From a bacterium (GTDB lineage: Bacteria; Pseudomonadota; Alphaproteobacteria; SP197): 64,000 nucleotides of DNA. Below are positions 36,701 through 46,453 of this stretch, in pieces. The stretch is from assembly GCA_028821455.1 (NCBI GenBank), contig JAPPGE010000022.1, forward strand, positions 26,201 through 90,200, written 5' to 3'. Position 1 is the stretch's first letter. Each line of letters opens with the position of its first letter. The position numbers and the translations under genes are program-made. The notes below the pieces were generated by a model. It worked only from the letters and a program-made list of their open reading frames with translations, made no database searches and was not told the origin of the DNA.

Positions 36701-37755
36701 ACGCCGCGATCAACACCTCTACTTTAAAGGTCACCAACGAGATTCTGTCGCTGGTCTCTGAAATCGACGAGTTCAAGGGTGCATGGCTGGCGCTCGGACG
36801 CATGGCTCCTGATCGGCTGACCAACCTCAAGCGCGTCGCCACCATCGAAAGCATCGGATCGTCGACACGTATCGAAGGTGCGAAGCTGACCGACCGCGAG
36901 GTCGAGAAGCTGTTTTCGAACCTCGAAATCAGGTTCCTGGCGACCAGAGACGAGCAGGAAGTTGCCGGTTACGCCGATGCTATGGAAACGATCTTCTCGA
37001 ACTGGGAAGTGATCGACCTCACCGAAAATCACATCAGGCAGCTCCACCGTGATCTGCTGAGGTACTCCGTCAAGGACGAGCACCATCGCGGGGAATACAA
37101 AACCCTCCCCAATCATCTCGAAGCCTTCGGCCCGGATGGAGAAAGCCTGGGCGTGGTGTTTCGGACGGCTTCGCCGTTCGACACACCTCGTCTCATGGCC
37201 GAACTGGTCGATTGGATTGGTCAGAACTCAAATGCTCGAGAGTTCCATCCGCTCCTGGCGATTGCCGTGTTCGTGGTCGCGTTTCTGGAAATCCACCCGT
37301 TCCAGGACGGCAACGGGCGCTTGTCCCGCATCTTGACGACACTCCTGCTCTTGCGGGCGGGCTATGGCTATGTGCCCTACGGCTCCCTGGAAAGCGTCAT
37401 CGAGCAAACCAAGGATTCCTACTACCTAGCCTTGCGTCAGACCCAGGGAACCATCCGCACGGTCCAACCTGATTGGCAGCCATGGGTACTTTACTTTCTG
37501 AGGACACTGAAACAACACAAGCATCGACTGGAGCGAAAGCTCGAGCGCGAACGGCTCATTCTGGGGGATCTACCGGAACTGTCGGTGCGGATTCTGGAGC
37601 TGGTCCGCGAACACGGCCGCACGACCGTTGCCGAGGCTGCCAGCGCGACCGGCTCAAGCCGGAACACCGTCAAGGACCACCTTCGCGCGCTGACCGAGGC
37701 CGGACACCTTGAACGCCACGGTGCCGGCCGCGGCACGTGGTACTCGCTCGCATAG
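36697..37755 (+). CDS. fic: Fic-family AMPylator (class II, N-terminal inhibitory motif) with C-terminal winged helix
   Basis: HPFQDGNGRLSR is the Fic HPFx[DE]GNGR motif. SSTRIEG is the inhibitory [ST]xxxE[GN] motif. About 50% GC against about 65% for its flanks. Confidence 0.9.
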   Translation: MDAAINTSTLKVTNEILSLVSEIDEFKGAWLALGRMAPDRLTNLKRVATIESIGSSTRIEGAKLTDREVEKLFSNLEIRFLATRDEQEVAGYADAMETIFSNWEVIDLTENHIRQLHRDLLRYSVKDEHHRGEYKTLPNHLEAFGPDGESLGVVFRTASPFDTPRLMAELVDWIGQNSNAREFHPLLAIAVFVVAFLEIHPFQDGNGRLSRILTTLLLLRAGYGYVPYGSLESVIEQTKDSYYLALRQTQGTIRTVQPDWQPWVLYFLRTLKQHKHRLERKLERERLILGDLPELSVRILELVREHGRTTVAEAASATGSSRNTVKDHLRALTEAGHLERHGAGRGTWYSLA

Positions 37756-37777
37756 TCACGGATCCCTTGAGTGGTGT

Positions 37778-38302
37778 TCAGGGCGTCGCCCGGTACATGT
37801 GGTAGCGGCCCTGGGCGATACCTCTGGGGAGATCGAGTGCGGTCCAGGCGGGGTTGGGAAGGGGTTGATCGCCCATGACTATGGCGCCGCCAGCTAGAAG
37901 GCGCGGCAGGGCTTCGGCGAGCCAGATGGCGAGGTCGAGACTCGTCTGACGATCGCCTGAACCGATATCGGCGTGGGCAAGGATGGCCGCCGGTCCGAGA
38001 CGGCGCGCGGCGAGGGGGATTGTCTCAGCGAGATCACCAAGAAACATGTGGCCGTCGTCGGGGATGCAGTCTGGATGGGCGGCGATCCGGCGATCGAAAC
38101 AGTAGATGTCCCGTTCCGGAAAGAGACAGCGCAGGTGGTCGTACGTGCGGCCGTTGCCGAGCCCGATTTCAAGGATGTGACCGGGCCGGCCGTCGACAAG
38201 GCTGGCGGCCTCGTTGAGGCACAGACGCTGGGCCTCGAGGCGGCGGATGACGCTGTCGAGCCGGCTCACTCTTTCAGGTGCCGGTCCGGGTGGCCATGGC
38301 AT
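37778..38302 (-). CDS. Class I SAM-dependent methyltransferase (small)
   Basis: ILEIGLGNGRT is motif I. Confidence 0.6.
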   Translation of the reverse strand: MPWPPGPAPERVSRLDSVIRRLEAQRLCLNEAASLVDGRPGHILEIGLGNGRTYDHLRCLFPERDIYCFDRRIAAHPDCIPDDGHMFLGDLAETIPLAARRLGPAAILAHADIGSGDRQTSLDLAIWLAEALPRLLAGGAIVMGDQPLPNPAWTALDLPRGIAQGRYHMYRATP

Positions 38303-38732
38303 CGCGCAGCATGGTCGTCGTTTTCTCCACCCGGCGGGCGAGTTCGCGCATGATCTCGATCGAGATCGACGGGAACTGGTTGATCAGCTGGAAGAAGAGC
38401 TCCTTGGAAATCATCAGCGTCTCCACCTTCGTTGTTGCCTTCACCGTCGCCGTCCGCGGCACGTCGCACAGGATCGCGTTCTCGCCCAAGAGATCGTTGG
38501 GGCCCAGCGTCGCCACCTTCACAGGCCCGGATTCGGATTCGACGAGGACGTCGGCATCGCCGGTGATGATGATGTAGGCGGCATCTCCCTCGTCACCCTG
38601 GCGGCACAGGAGGTCCCCCGGGGCGAACGTCAGGCGCTGGGCCGTGAAGGCCAGGAGCTTGAGCCGGCTCGGCTCGATCCTCGAGAACAGCGGGATGGTG
38701 CGCAACAGATCGACTTCCTCCTGCAGACTCAT
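38274..38732 (-). CDS. Cyclic-nucleotide-binding (cNMP) domain protein, 152 aa
   Basis: LFSRIEPSRLKLLAFTAQRLTFAPGDLLCRQGDEGDAAYIIITGDADV...GENAIL is the cNMP-binding beta-barrel (GE...A motif). A GGGGGAG ribosome-binding site is present. 18 nt after the ABC gene stop. Confidence 0.75.
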   Translation of the reverse strand: MSLQEEVDLLRTIPLFSRIEPSRLKLLAFTAQRLTFAPGDLLCRQGDEGDAAYIIITGDADVLVESESGPVKVATLGPNDLLGENAILCDVPRTATVKATTKVETLMISKELFFQLINQFPSISIEIMRELARRVEKTTTMLRDAMATRTGT

Positions 38733-38750
38733 GAGTCCTGCTCCCCCATG

Positions 38751-41429
38751 TCATTCATGTGCCACCAGGGTGGCGAGAACCGAGTTGTCGCGCTCCATGA
38801 GCTCCCCGAAGGTGCCCTTTTCGGCCAGCTTGCCGTACTTCATGACGAGAACCTGGTCGAACCGGGCCGCATCGCTCGGCCTGTGAACCACCCAGATCAG
38901 GGTTCTGGCGCGAAATTCCTCGCGAACATTGTTCATGACTGCGGCCTGGGAGGCTCCGTCGAGCACAGCTGTCGCTTCCGACAAGACCATGATAGCAGGG
39001 TGCTTGAGGACGGCCCGGGCGATGGCAGTCTTCTGCCGTTGTGCCGGCGTGAGCCGGGCGCCGCCGATACCGACCTCCGTCTCCAGACCGAGTTCGATCA
39101 CCAGCGGGCGAAGATCGAGGTCGCCGATGACGTCGGCCATGAGGTCTCCCACCTTCGTCTGGGACCCGGCCACGCCCCAGGCGACCTTGCCGAAGAGAAT
39201 GTTGTCCTGGAGTGACAACGCGGAATTGTACTCCGCCCGGTCGAAGAAAGAGATGGCGCTCTTCAGGTCTTCGGGCAGGTCGGCGGCAAAGGCATGACGC
39301 ACCTCGAGAAGCCGGGCCTGCATGGCGTCATCGATCAGGCCGAGACGATGGCGTGCTGGAGCGAGACGGAAGGGAAGTGCGAGGAAGCGCAGGCGTTCCT
39401 CGTCATCGAGGCCCTGTTCCCCGCTGCGCTCCACCTTTGCGAGCAGTGCGCGGTATCCGGGAAGATCGTCCGGAGAAATGAACGAGAACTGGGGGAAGAA
39501 CTCGTGATCTGCCGGCAGGTCGGCGAAGAGCTCGACCATGGTGCGGGCCACCTCGCAGCCCATGGCGAGGAACTCATCCGTCAGCCCGGCATCGGCGAGG
39601 AGAGACATGACGTGTTCGTTTTCCGGCAGGCGATCAAGATCGAAGGTATCACCGACAGGAGTGCCGAAGAGCAGGTTCTCGCCGACCGTCGCATTGGTGT
39701 TGTAGGTGTCGCGATCAAAGGGCTCGACCAGACCTGAGAGAGTATCGGACGCGAAGCGCTCCTCGAGAATGCGCCGTGCCTCGAGAAGCCTTTCCGCCTC
39801 CCGGGGGCGGCTTGAGGGATCGAGCTGGCGCCTCAATCCCATGCGGTAGACGTCATCCTCGAAATCGGCCACCGCGAGGGCGCGGCGCACCGCATCGCCC
39901 AGGCCGGACCTCGTATCCACACCTGCGAGATCGAGGTTTACCCAGTCGTCTTCGATGTCATCGGGACTGTTGGCGGTCAACTGGCGCTCTCGCGCCTGGC
40001 GGGCCACCACACTCTCCATCCCCTGCGGGATACTCCGGGGTGCTTGTGGAGTCTGGCGCAGCCCGTAGAGGAGATTGTCGAGGAGCGATGCGGAAAAGAG
40101 TGACGTCGCGGGTCCGACATAGCCGATCCGACGTCCCAGGGCGGCCTCCGGAAGATCACCGGAATCCTCTGCGCCGTAGGCGAGACGACCCTGGCTGGTG
40201 TCGACGAGGCGGGCCACCAGTGCCGCGAACCTGTCCCGGCCGCTCACCGCATCGCCCGTGACAGCCACATGACTGCCAAGCGGAATGTCGAGATTGAGAC
40301 CATCGATGAGGGTATCATCGTCCTCGATGTACTTCACGCTGGTTGCCACCAGACTCCCCGCAAACGGCGTGATCTCGCGGTCGCCAAAGACGACGGCATC
40401 GCTTCTCATGCCGGCTGGCGCAAACTGGGTGACGACCTGGTCGTACTTGATCTTGGAGTCCTCGCGGATCTGGTAGTGATTGAGCAGCTCCTTCCAGGGA
40501 GGCGGCAAGTCCTTGTAGGCAGCCAGGACGGCGACCAGGCCACCAAGGCTGAGCGAGCCATCGATCACGAACCAGCCGCCGATGGCGTAGAAGAAGAATG
40601 GCGTGATCTGCGCCAGGAAGTTGTTGAGAAACTTGATGAAGAACTTCTTGCGGTAGATCTGGTAGCGGATGTCGAAGATCCGTCCCATGCGCGCGGTAAA
40701 CTCGGCTGCCTCCCAGCGCGCCATGCCGTTGGCGTGCAACTCCTCGACACCCTGAACGGTTTCCGAGATGCGCTCCGAGACCTTGCGCACTTCCCGGACG
40801 CGCTCCTTGGCAAGGAGATTCACCTGGCGCTGGAGTTTCGGGATGATCCAGCCCTGCATGGGGTAGAGCGCCACCGAGGCGAGGCCCATCAGGGGATCCT
40901 GCATGAAGATGAAGAAGAGAGCCGTGATCAGGAGGCCGCCCTGGTACATGGGGAGAGCCAGGGCATCGCCGATGAAGCCGCCGAGCGGCTCGACTTCCTG
41001 TGTCACCATGGGGATCAGTTCGCCGGAGCTCACCCGCCGGAAGTGAGGCGAGGGAAAGCGCAGGATCCGGCTGTAGAGCTGGTAGCGCAGCCGCCGCAGC
41101 ATGCGCTCCCCCAGCAACCCCTTGTAGACATTGATGACGTACTTGAAGCCACCGTTGGCGAGCACGAGGGCCAGGAAGAGACCGCAGTAGAGGGCCAGCA
41201 GCCCCAGGCGTTCCATCTCGCCCAGGGGAATGCCGAGGATTTCGACCGGGCGAAGGTCCGCCGACCCGGGAGAAAGGGAGTCCGGGTCCGACAGCACGTG
41301 GTTGACGATGAGCTTGGGAATGTCGAGAGAGGCGTAATAGAACGGCAGGGAGAACAGCGTGAAGAGCAGGATGAATACCTGCTCCTTCCGCGAGTACCGG
41401 AAGATGAACTTGTAGATGGTGGATTCCAT
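38751..41429 (-). CDS. ABC transporter, fused TMD-NBD, with an atypical split/extended nucleotide-binding domain (893 aa)
   Basis: N-terminal 6-TM domain. Degenerate Walker A GSHVAVTGDAVSGRD (no Lys). About 250 aa insertion. Then LTPAQRQKTAIARAVL (signature), IMVLSEATAVLD (Walker B), and VVHR (H-loop). Confidence 0.75.
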   Translation of the reverse strand: MESTIYKFIFRYSRKEQVFILLFTLFSLPFYYASLDIPKLIVNHVLSDPDSLSPGSADLRPVEILGIPLGEMERLGLLALYCGLFLALVLANGGFKYVINVYKGLLGERMLRRLRYQLYSRILRFPSPHFRRVSSGELIPMVTQEVEPLGGFIGDALALPMYQGGLLITALFFIFMQDPLMGLASVALYPMQGWIIPKLQRQVNLLAKERVREVRKVSERISETVQGVEELHANGMARWEAAEFTARMGRIFDIRYQIYRKKFFIKFLNNFLAQITPFFFYAIGGWFVIDGSLSLGGLVAVLAAYKDLPPPWKELLNHYQIREDSKIKYDQVVTQFAPAGMRSDAVVFGDREITPFAGSLVATSVKYIEDDDTLIDGLNLDIPLGSHVAVTGDAVSGRDRFAALVARLVDTSQGRLAYGAEDSGDLPEAALGRRIGYVGPATSLFSASLLDNLLYGLRQTPQAPRSIPQGMESVVARQARERQLTANSPDDIEDDWVNLDLAGVDTRSGLGDAVRRALAVADFEDDVYRMGLRRQLDPSSRPREAERLLEARRILEERFASDTLSGLVEPFDRDTYNTNATVGENLLFGTPVGDTFDLDRLPENEHVMSLLADAGLTDEFLAMGCEVARTMVELFADLPADHEFFPQFSFISPDDLPGYRALLAKVERSGEQGLDDEERLRFLALPFRLAPARHRLGLIDDAMQARLLEVRHAFAADLPEDLKSAISFFDRAEYNSALSLQDNILFGKVAWGVAGSQTKVGDLMADVIGDLDLRPLVIELGLETEVGIGGARLTPAQRQKTAIARAVLKHPAIMVLSEATAVLDGASQAAVMNNVREEFRARTLIWVVHRPSDAARFDQVLVMKYGKLAEKGTFGELMERDNSVLATLVAHE

Positions 41430-41578
41430 GGTCCCGGCCCGGCAATCCGTTCCCGAGGATACTAGGTTCGCTTGGCGTCGGATCAAGGCTCTGCGAGTGT
41501 GCCGGCATTCATCCGGTGACGACAGGATGGCGAATGTGGCAGGATGCGCGCCGTTTTTTGGAAACAGACGGGTGTGTC

Positions 41579-42808
41579 ATGAGCAAGGTGCCGGAGCGCC
41601 CGCGCGTCCTGATCTACAGTCATGACAGTTTCGGACTGGGGCACTTGCGCCGATGCCGGGCCATCGCCCATGCCATGGTGGGAGCCGTCGACAACCTGGC
41701 CGTCCTCATTCTCTCGGGCCTTCCCATCATTGGCAGTTTTGATTTCCGTGCCCGGGTGGACTTCGTGCGCGTTCCCGGCGTCATCAAGCTGCGTAACGGG
41801 GAGTACTCACCGCTCAATCCGATGCTTGGCATCGAGCAGACCATGGCGTTGCGCTCTTCCATCATGCGGCACACCGCCGACATCTTCGATCCCGACATCT
41901 TCCTCGTTGACAAGGAGCCGCTCGGATTGCGGGGCGAGGTCCGCGAGACGATCGACATGCTCAAGGAGCGCGGTACCAGGATCATCCTCGGTCTGCGTGA
42001 TGTCATGGATGACCCCGAGCTCCTCAAGCCGGAATGGGAACGCAAGAACGCCGTGCCGGCCCTGAGCGATCTCTACGACGAGATCTGGATCTACGGTCTG
42101 CCCCAGATTCACGACCCGCTTGCCGAGATCGAACTGCCGGACTCGGTGCGCCGCAAGGTGGTCTACACCGGGTATCTCAAGCGCACGGTGCCCGAGTTGA
42201 GCCCGGAGGCGACGCTGCCGGAAGCCATTGAAGAGCCCTTTGTGCTCGTCACCACCGGTGGCGGCGGCGACGGTGATCTCCTGGTCGATCGGGTACTGGC
42301 GGCCTATGAATGCGCCATGGCGCCCGAGCTTCCGGCTCTGGTCGTCTTCGGGCCCTTCATGCAGCCCGAGGTCAAGACCGATTTTCAGACCCGGGTCGAT
42401 CGCCTTGAACGGGTATCGGCCATCACCTTCGAAACCCACCTCGAATCGCTGATGGCACGGGCCGCGGGCGTGGTGGCCATGGGGGGCTACAACACGTTCT
42501 GCGAGATCCTGTCATTCGACAAGCCGGCGCTCATCGTTCCAAGACAGGCGCCGCGCCGCGAGCAGATCATTCGGGCCAGCCGCGCCCGCGAACTCGGTCT
42601 TGTCTCCATGCTGACCGAGGAGGCCGCCGCCCGGGCCGATGCGATGGCGACGGCGATTCGCCAGCTCCCGCAACAGCGCCGTCCGGGCCAGGTCGTGGTT
42701 CCGGGACTCCTCGACGGCCTGGAGAATGTCAACCGGCTGGTCGGAATGCACCTCGCCGAAGACCGCGCCGGCCCGCCTCGGCGCCACGCCCTGCGCCGGC
42801 AAGGTTGA
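41579..42808 (+). CDS. Glycosyltransferase, GT28-C / MGT-like (GGYNT motif)
   Basis: VLIYSHDSFGLGHLRRCRAIAHAM and MGGYNTFCEILSFDKPALIVP. Paralog of the gene at 47040. Confidence 0.7.
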   Translation: MSKVPERPRVLIYSHDSFGLGHLRRCRAIAHAMVGAVDNLAVLILSGLPIIGSFDFRARVDFVRVPGVIKLRNGEYSPLNPMLGIEQTMALRSSIMRHTADIFDPDIFLVDKEPLGLRGEVRETIDMLKERGTRIILGLRDVMDDPELLKPEWERKNAVPALSDLYDEIWIYGLPQIHDPLAEIELPDSVRRKVVYTGYLKRTVPELSPEATLPEAIEEPFVLVTTGGGGDGDLLVDRVLAAYECAMAPELPALVVFGPFMQPEVKTDFQTRVDRLERVSAITFETHLESLMARAAGVVAMGGYNTFCEILSFDKPALIVPRQAPRREQIIRASRARELGLVSMLTEEAAARADAMATAIRQLPQQRRPGQVVVPGLLDGLENVNRLVGMHLAEDRAGPPRRHALRRQG

Positions 42809-42811
42809 CCG

Positions 42812-44029
42812 TCAGCCGGCGGCTCGGCGGTGGACGAGAGCACTCCGCGCCAGCCACAGCGCCGGTATGAGGAAGAGCGGTATCGAGGTGAGGATGAATG
42901 TCGACCAGCCCAGGGTCACGGTCAACGCTCCGGAGGCAAAGGACGCAACCGCTGCCGCGAGCGCGATGAGAGTCTCGTTGAGGCCCTGGACCCGCGACTG
43001 ATCCTCTGGCCGGACATGTTCGGCAAGCAGGCTTGTCGCTCCGATGAAGCCGAAATTCCAGCCGACCCCAAGCAGGACGAGGGCAAGATAGAAGTTCTCC
43101 AGTGCGACACCGGACCACGCGGCCAGGGCCGCCGCCGCCAGCAGGGCAAGACCGATGGCGATGACACGGCGCGACCCCCAGCGCGCGATCAGCGATCCGG
43201 TGAAGAAGCTCGGGCCGAACATGGCGACGACGTGCCAGCGCACCACGTCGGCGGACTGATCGGTCGACAGCCCGCAATCGGCCATCGCGAGGGTGGTGGG
43301 CGTCATCACGAACACCATCATGGCGTGGGCGGCGGCGGCGCAGATGATGGCGGTCACCACCGGCGGACTGCCAAGAATCCGGCCCAGCGGCTGGACCGTT
43401 GCCGGTGAACGCGGAGGAGGTTTCGCAAGATCGAGAAAGGCGACCGGGAGACATCCGACAAGACAGATCACCACGATGGCCGCATAGGCGCCGGCAAAGG
43501 GCACGGGGAAGAAGTGATCGCGGGTGTGGATCAGAATTTCCGGGCCGAGCAGCGCGGCGATCAGACCCGCACCGGTGATGATGGCGATCGCCTTGGGTTT
43601 CCAGGGCCCGCGGACGGCATCGGCGGCGGCGAAGCGGAAGTACCACAGGCTGCTCTGCATGGCGCCAAAGCACACGTGGGCGAGGCAGAGGTAGATGAAG
43701 TCCCGTTCGAAGAGCGCCACCGCTCCCAGCCAGCCTCCCGCCATGGCGCATCCTGCGCCGCCCAGAAACCCGACGCGGCGTCCGAATCGCCCCATGATGA
43801 GGGATATGGGGGTGGCCGTGACCATGGCGCTCAGCATCTGCAGGGAAATGGCGACGGTGGCGAGGCTGGGCACAGGCGCCACGTAGGCCCCGGCAAGTCC
43901 CCCCATGATGATGAGCATGGGCATCTGGGCCCCGAGCACGGCATTGCCCGCGAACAGCAACACGAGATTTCGTATCATGGTGTGCCGTCCGGGGGCGTCC
44001 CCGGGTGATGAAAGGGAATGACTGTTCAT
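42812..44029 (-). CDS. MFS transporter
   Basis: 12 TM helices with MGRFGRR. The start may be the internal Met at 43978. Confidence 0.8.
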   Translation of the reverse strand: MNSHSLSSPGDAPGRHTMIRNLVLLFAGNAVLGAQMPMLIIMGGLAGAYVAPVPSLATVAISLQMLSAMVTATPISLIMGRFGRRVGFLGGAGCAMAGGWLGAVALFERDFIYLCLAHVCFGAMQSSLWYFRFAAADAVRGPWKPKAIAIITGAGLIAALLGPEILIHTRDHFFPVPFAGAYAAIVVICLVGCLPVAFLDLAKPPPRSPATVQPLGRILGSPPVVTAIICAAAAHAMMVFVMTPTTLAMADCGLSTDQSADVVRWHVVAMFGPSFFTGSLIARWGSRRVIAIGLALLAAAALAAWSGVALENFYLALVLLGVGWNFGFIGATSLLAEHVRPEDQSRVQGLNETLIALAAAVASFASGALTVTLGWSTFILTSIPLFLIPALWLARSALVHRRAAG

Positions 44030-44120
44030 GACGGACCTGTCCAGATGCCCGGTGTCCGCAAGAGACTACTTCGCCGACGCGGCGCCCGATACAGGCGCTC
44101 CTGGCGGGCGCCGCTGACTC

Positions 44121-45359
44121 GTGCCCGGTAGCGTTGCCTTCGTGGTGAAGGGCTGGCCCCGACTCTCCGAGACCTTCATCGCCCAGGAGATCCTGGCCCT
44201 GGAACGGCGTGGGCTCGACATCCGGATCGTCTCCCTGCGCCATCCGTCGACGGCGGCTCGCCACGCGATCCACGATGCCGTGAAGGCGCCGGTCACCTGG
44301 TTGCCTGAGTACCTTCACGAGGAACCCGGGCGCACCTGGAAGGCCTGGCGGCGGGCCCGGAAGCTGCCCGGCTACGCCAGCGCGAGGCGGCACTGGCTTG
44401 CCGATCTGTGGCGGGATCCGACCCGCAATCGGGTGCGGCGCTTCGGCCAGGCCTGCGTTGTTGCCACGGAGATCGCACCGGCCGTGAATCACCTTCATGC
44501 CCATTTTCTCCACACCCCGGCATCCGTGACCCGCTATGCGGCGATGATGACCGGGCTTTCGTGGTCGGCGTCGGCCCACGCGAGGGACATCTACACCACG
44601 CCGCGCCGCGATCTTGCAGACAAGATGTCCGGGTGCTCCTGGCTGGTAACGTGTACGGCGGCCAATCGCGACTGGCTCGAATCGCTGGTTCCGGGACGAC
44701 GTGTCTCGCTCGCCTATCACGGGATCGATCAGGCGCGGTGGCCGTCACCGGTTCGTTCCCCGGCGATGCGTGACGGCAGGAATCCGGACGATCCCGTGCG
44801 CCTCGTCACGGTGGGGCGAGCCGTCGAGAAGAAGGGGTACGGCACGCTCCTTGCCGCACTGGCCCTGCTGCCTGACGATCTCCACTGGCACCTCACCCAT
44901 GCCGGCGACGGACCGCTGCTCTCGTCGCTTGTCGAAACGGCTGCCCGGAGAGGACTGGAGAGGCGAGTTACGTGGCTTGGCGCCAGGCGCCAGGACGAGA
45001 TCCTTGAAGTGCTCCAGGAAGGCGACCTCTTCGTCCTGGCGCCCCTCATCGCCCGCGACGGGGACCGTGACGGGCTTCCCAATGTTCTCCTCGAAGCGCA
45101 GAGCCAGGCCCTGGCGGTGGTTACGACGGATGTCTCGGCGGTCGGTGAACTGGTGACCGACGGCGCCAACGGCTGCCTGGTTCCCCCGGACGATGCCCCG
45201 GCGCTGGCCTCCCGGCTGTGCCACCTTGTCCGCAACCCGCAGCTGCGCGACCGCATGGGCCGCAACGGTGAGGATCGCGTGAGAACGGAGTTTTCCATGG
45301 AGAGCGGCATCGACAGGCTTGTCGATCTCTTCTCGTCGAGCGGGATCACATGCGAATAG
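44121..45359 (+). CDS. Glycosyltransferase family 1/4 (GT-B)
   Basis: VAFVVKGWPRLSETFI N-terminus and the C-terminal EX7E-like region (GLPNVLLEAQS...VVTTD). Confidence 0.8.
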   Translation: MPGSVAFVVKGWPRLSETFIAQEILALERRGLDIRIVSLRHPSTAARHAIHDAVKAPVTWLPEYLHEEPGRTWKAWRRARKLPGYASARRHWLADLWRDPTRNRVRRFGQACVVATEIAPAVNHLHAHFLHTPASVTRYAAMMTGLSWSASAHARDIYTTPRRDLADKMSGCSWLVTCTAANRDWLESLVPGRRVSLAYHGIDQARWPSPVRSPAMRDGRNPDDPVRLVTVGRAVEKKGYGTLLAALALLPDDLHWHLTHAGDGPLLSSLVETAARRGLERRVTWLGARRQDEILEVLQEGDLFVLAPLIARDGDRDGLPNVLLEAQSQALAVVTTDVSAVGELVTDGANGCLVPPDDAPALASRLCHLVRNPQLRDRMGRNGEDRVRTEFSMESGIDRLVDLFSSSGITCE

Positions 45360-46453
45360 CCTTCTATGCACCAATGAAGGCGCCGGACCACGAACGGCCC
45401 TCAGGCGATCGAACGATGGCGCGCCAGTTCCTGCGCCTTCTGGGCGAACTTGGACACGACGTGGAAATCGCCTCGACGCTGCGCACGTGGGAGGCGGGCA
45501 GCGAGGAACGCCAGGAGGCGATCCTCGCTGCGGCAATCCGGGAAAGGGACAGCCTTCTTGGCCGCTGGCAGGCCCGGCCGCCCGACCTGTGGTTTACCTA
45601 TCATCTCTACCACAAGGCGCCGGATCACCTCGGTCCGGCCATTGCCGATGCCCTCGACATTGCTTACGTCGTTGCCGAACCATCGATATCCCCTGCCCGG
45701 GCGAACGGCCGGTGGCGGCGCCCCTGGACCCAGGCCCGGGCGGCCATGGAGCGTGCCGATGCCCTGCTCGCCATCACGCTCAAGGATGAACGGGGCCTGC
45801 TTGCCGCCGGTCTGCCGCGCCGGAAGATCGTGCGTCTGCTCCCCTTCATCGACGCTACGGACGTGTCCACCTGCAGGAATGAGGCCCGTGGCGCCCTTGT
45901 CCGGGAGTTCGGTCTCGATCGCGACCGCGTCATCGCCGTCACCGTCGCCATGATGCGCCCCGGCGACAAGCTCGAATCCTACCGGGTCCTGGCCCGGACC
46001 CTTGCCACACTGAACCGCGACGACATGCAGCTTCTCGTCATCGGCGACGGCCCGTCACGCGGCGAAGTCGAACACCTTCTTGCCGGTCGCGCCGTCTTCG
46101 CCGGAATCCGCGAAGAGGAGTGGATCCGCCGAATCATGGCCGGATGCGACCTCTTCATCTGGCCCGCCATCAACGAGGCCTACGGCATGGCGATCCTTCT
46201 CGCCCAGGCCTGCGGATGCCCGGTGGCCGCTGGCGATGCGCCGGGAGTGGGCGAGATCGTCAACCATGGCGATACCGGTCTTCTGGCACCGGCAGGTGAT
46301 GCGGAAACGCTGGCGGCGGCCGTCTCCGGTCTGCTCGACGATCCCGCTCTGCGCCGGTCCATGGGCGATGCCGGACGACGCCATGTCCTCCGGCATCACT
46401 CGTGCGATACGGCACGGCACGTTCTGGCCCGGGTGCTGGAGATGCGGCCGTGA
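45350..46453 (+). CDS. Glycosyltransferase family 1/4 (GT-B)
   Basis: MRIAFYAPMKAPDHERPSGDRTMARQF...AINEAYGMAILLAQACGCPVAA. Overlaps the upstream gene by 10 nt. Confidence 0.8.
   Translation: MRIAFYAPMKAPDHERPSGDRTMARQFLRLLGELGHDVEIASTLRTWEAGSEERQEAILAAAIRERDSLLGRWQARPPDLWFTYHLYHKAPDHLGPAIADALDIAYVVAEPSISPARANGRWRRPWTQARAAMERADALLAITLKDERGLLAAGLPRRKIVRLLPFIDATDVSTCRNEARGALVREFGLDRDRVIAVTVAMMRPGDKLESYRVLARTLATLNRDDMQLLVIGDGPSRGEVEHLLAGRAVFAGIREEEWIRRIMAGCDLFIWPAINEAYGMAILLAQACGCPVAAGDAPGVGEIVNHGDTGLLAPAGDAETLAAAVSGLLDDPALRRSMGDAGRRHVLRHHSCDTARHVLARVLEMRP

Noticed and set aside
42729-44720. 663-aa minus-strand ORF overlapping the MFS transporter and the GT4 gene
   Set aside because: A frame-shifted shadow. 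The in-frame MFS ORF (42812-44029) and the + strand GT4 gene have clear family motifs.
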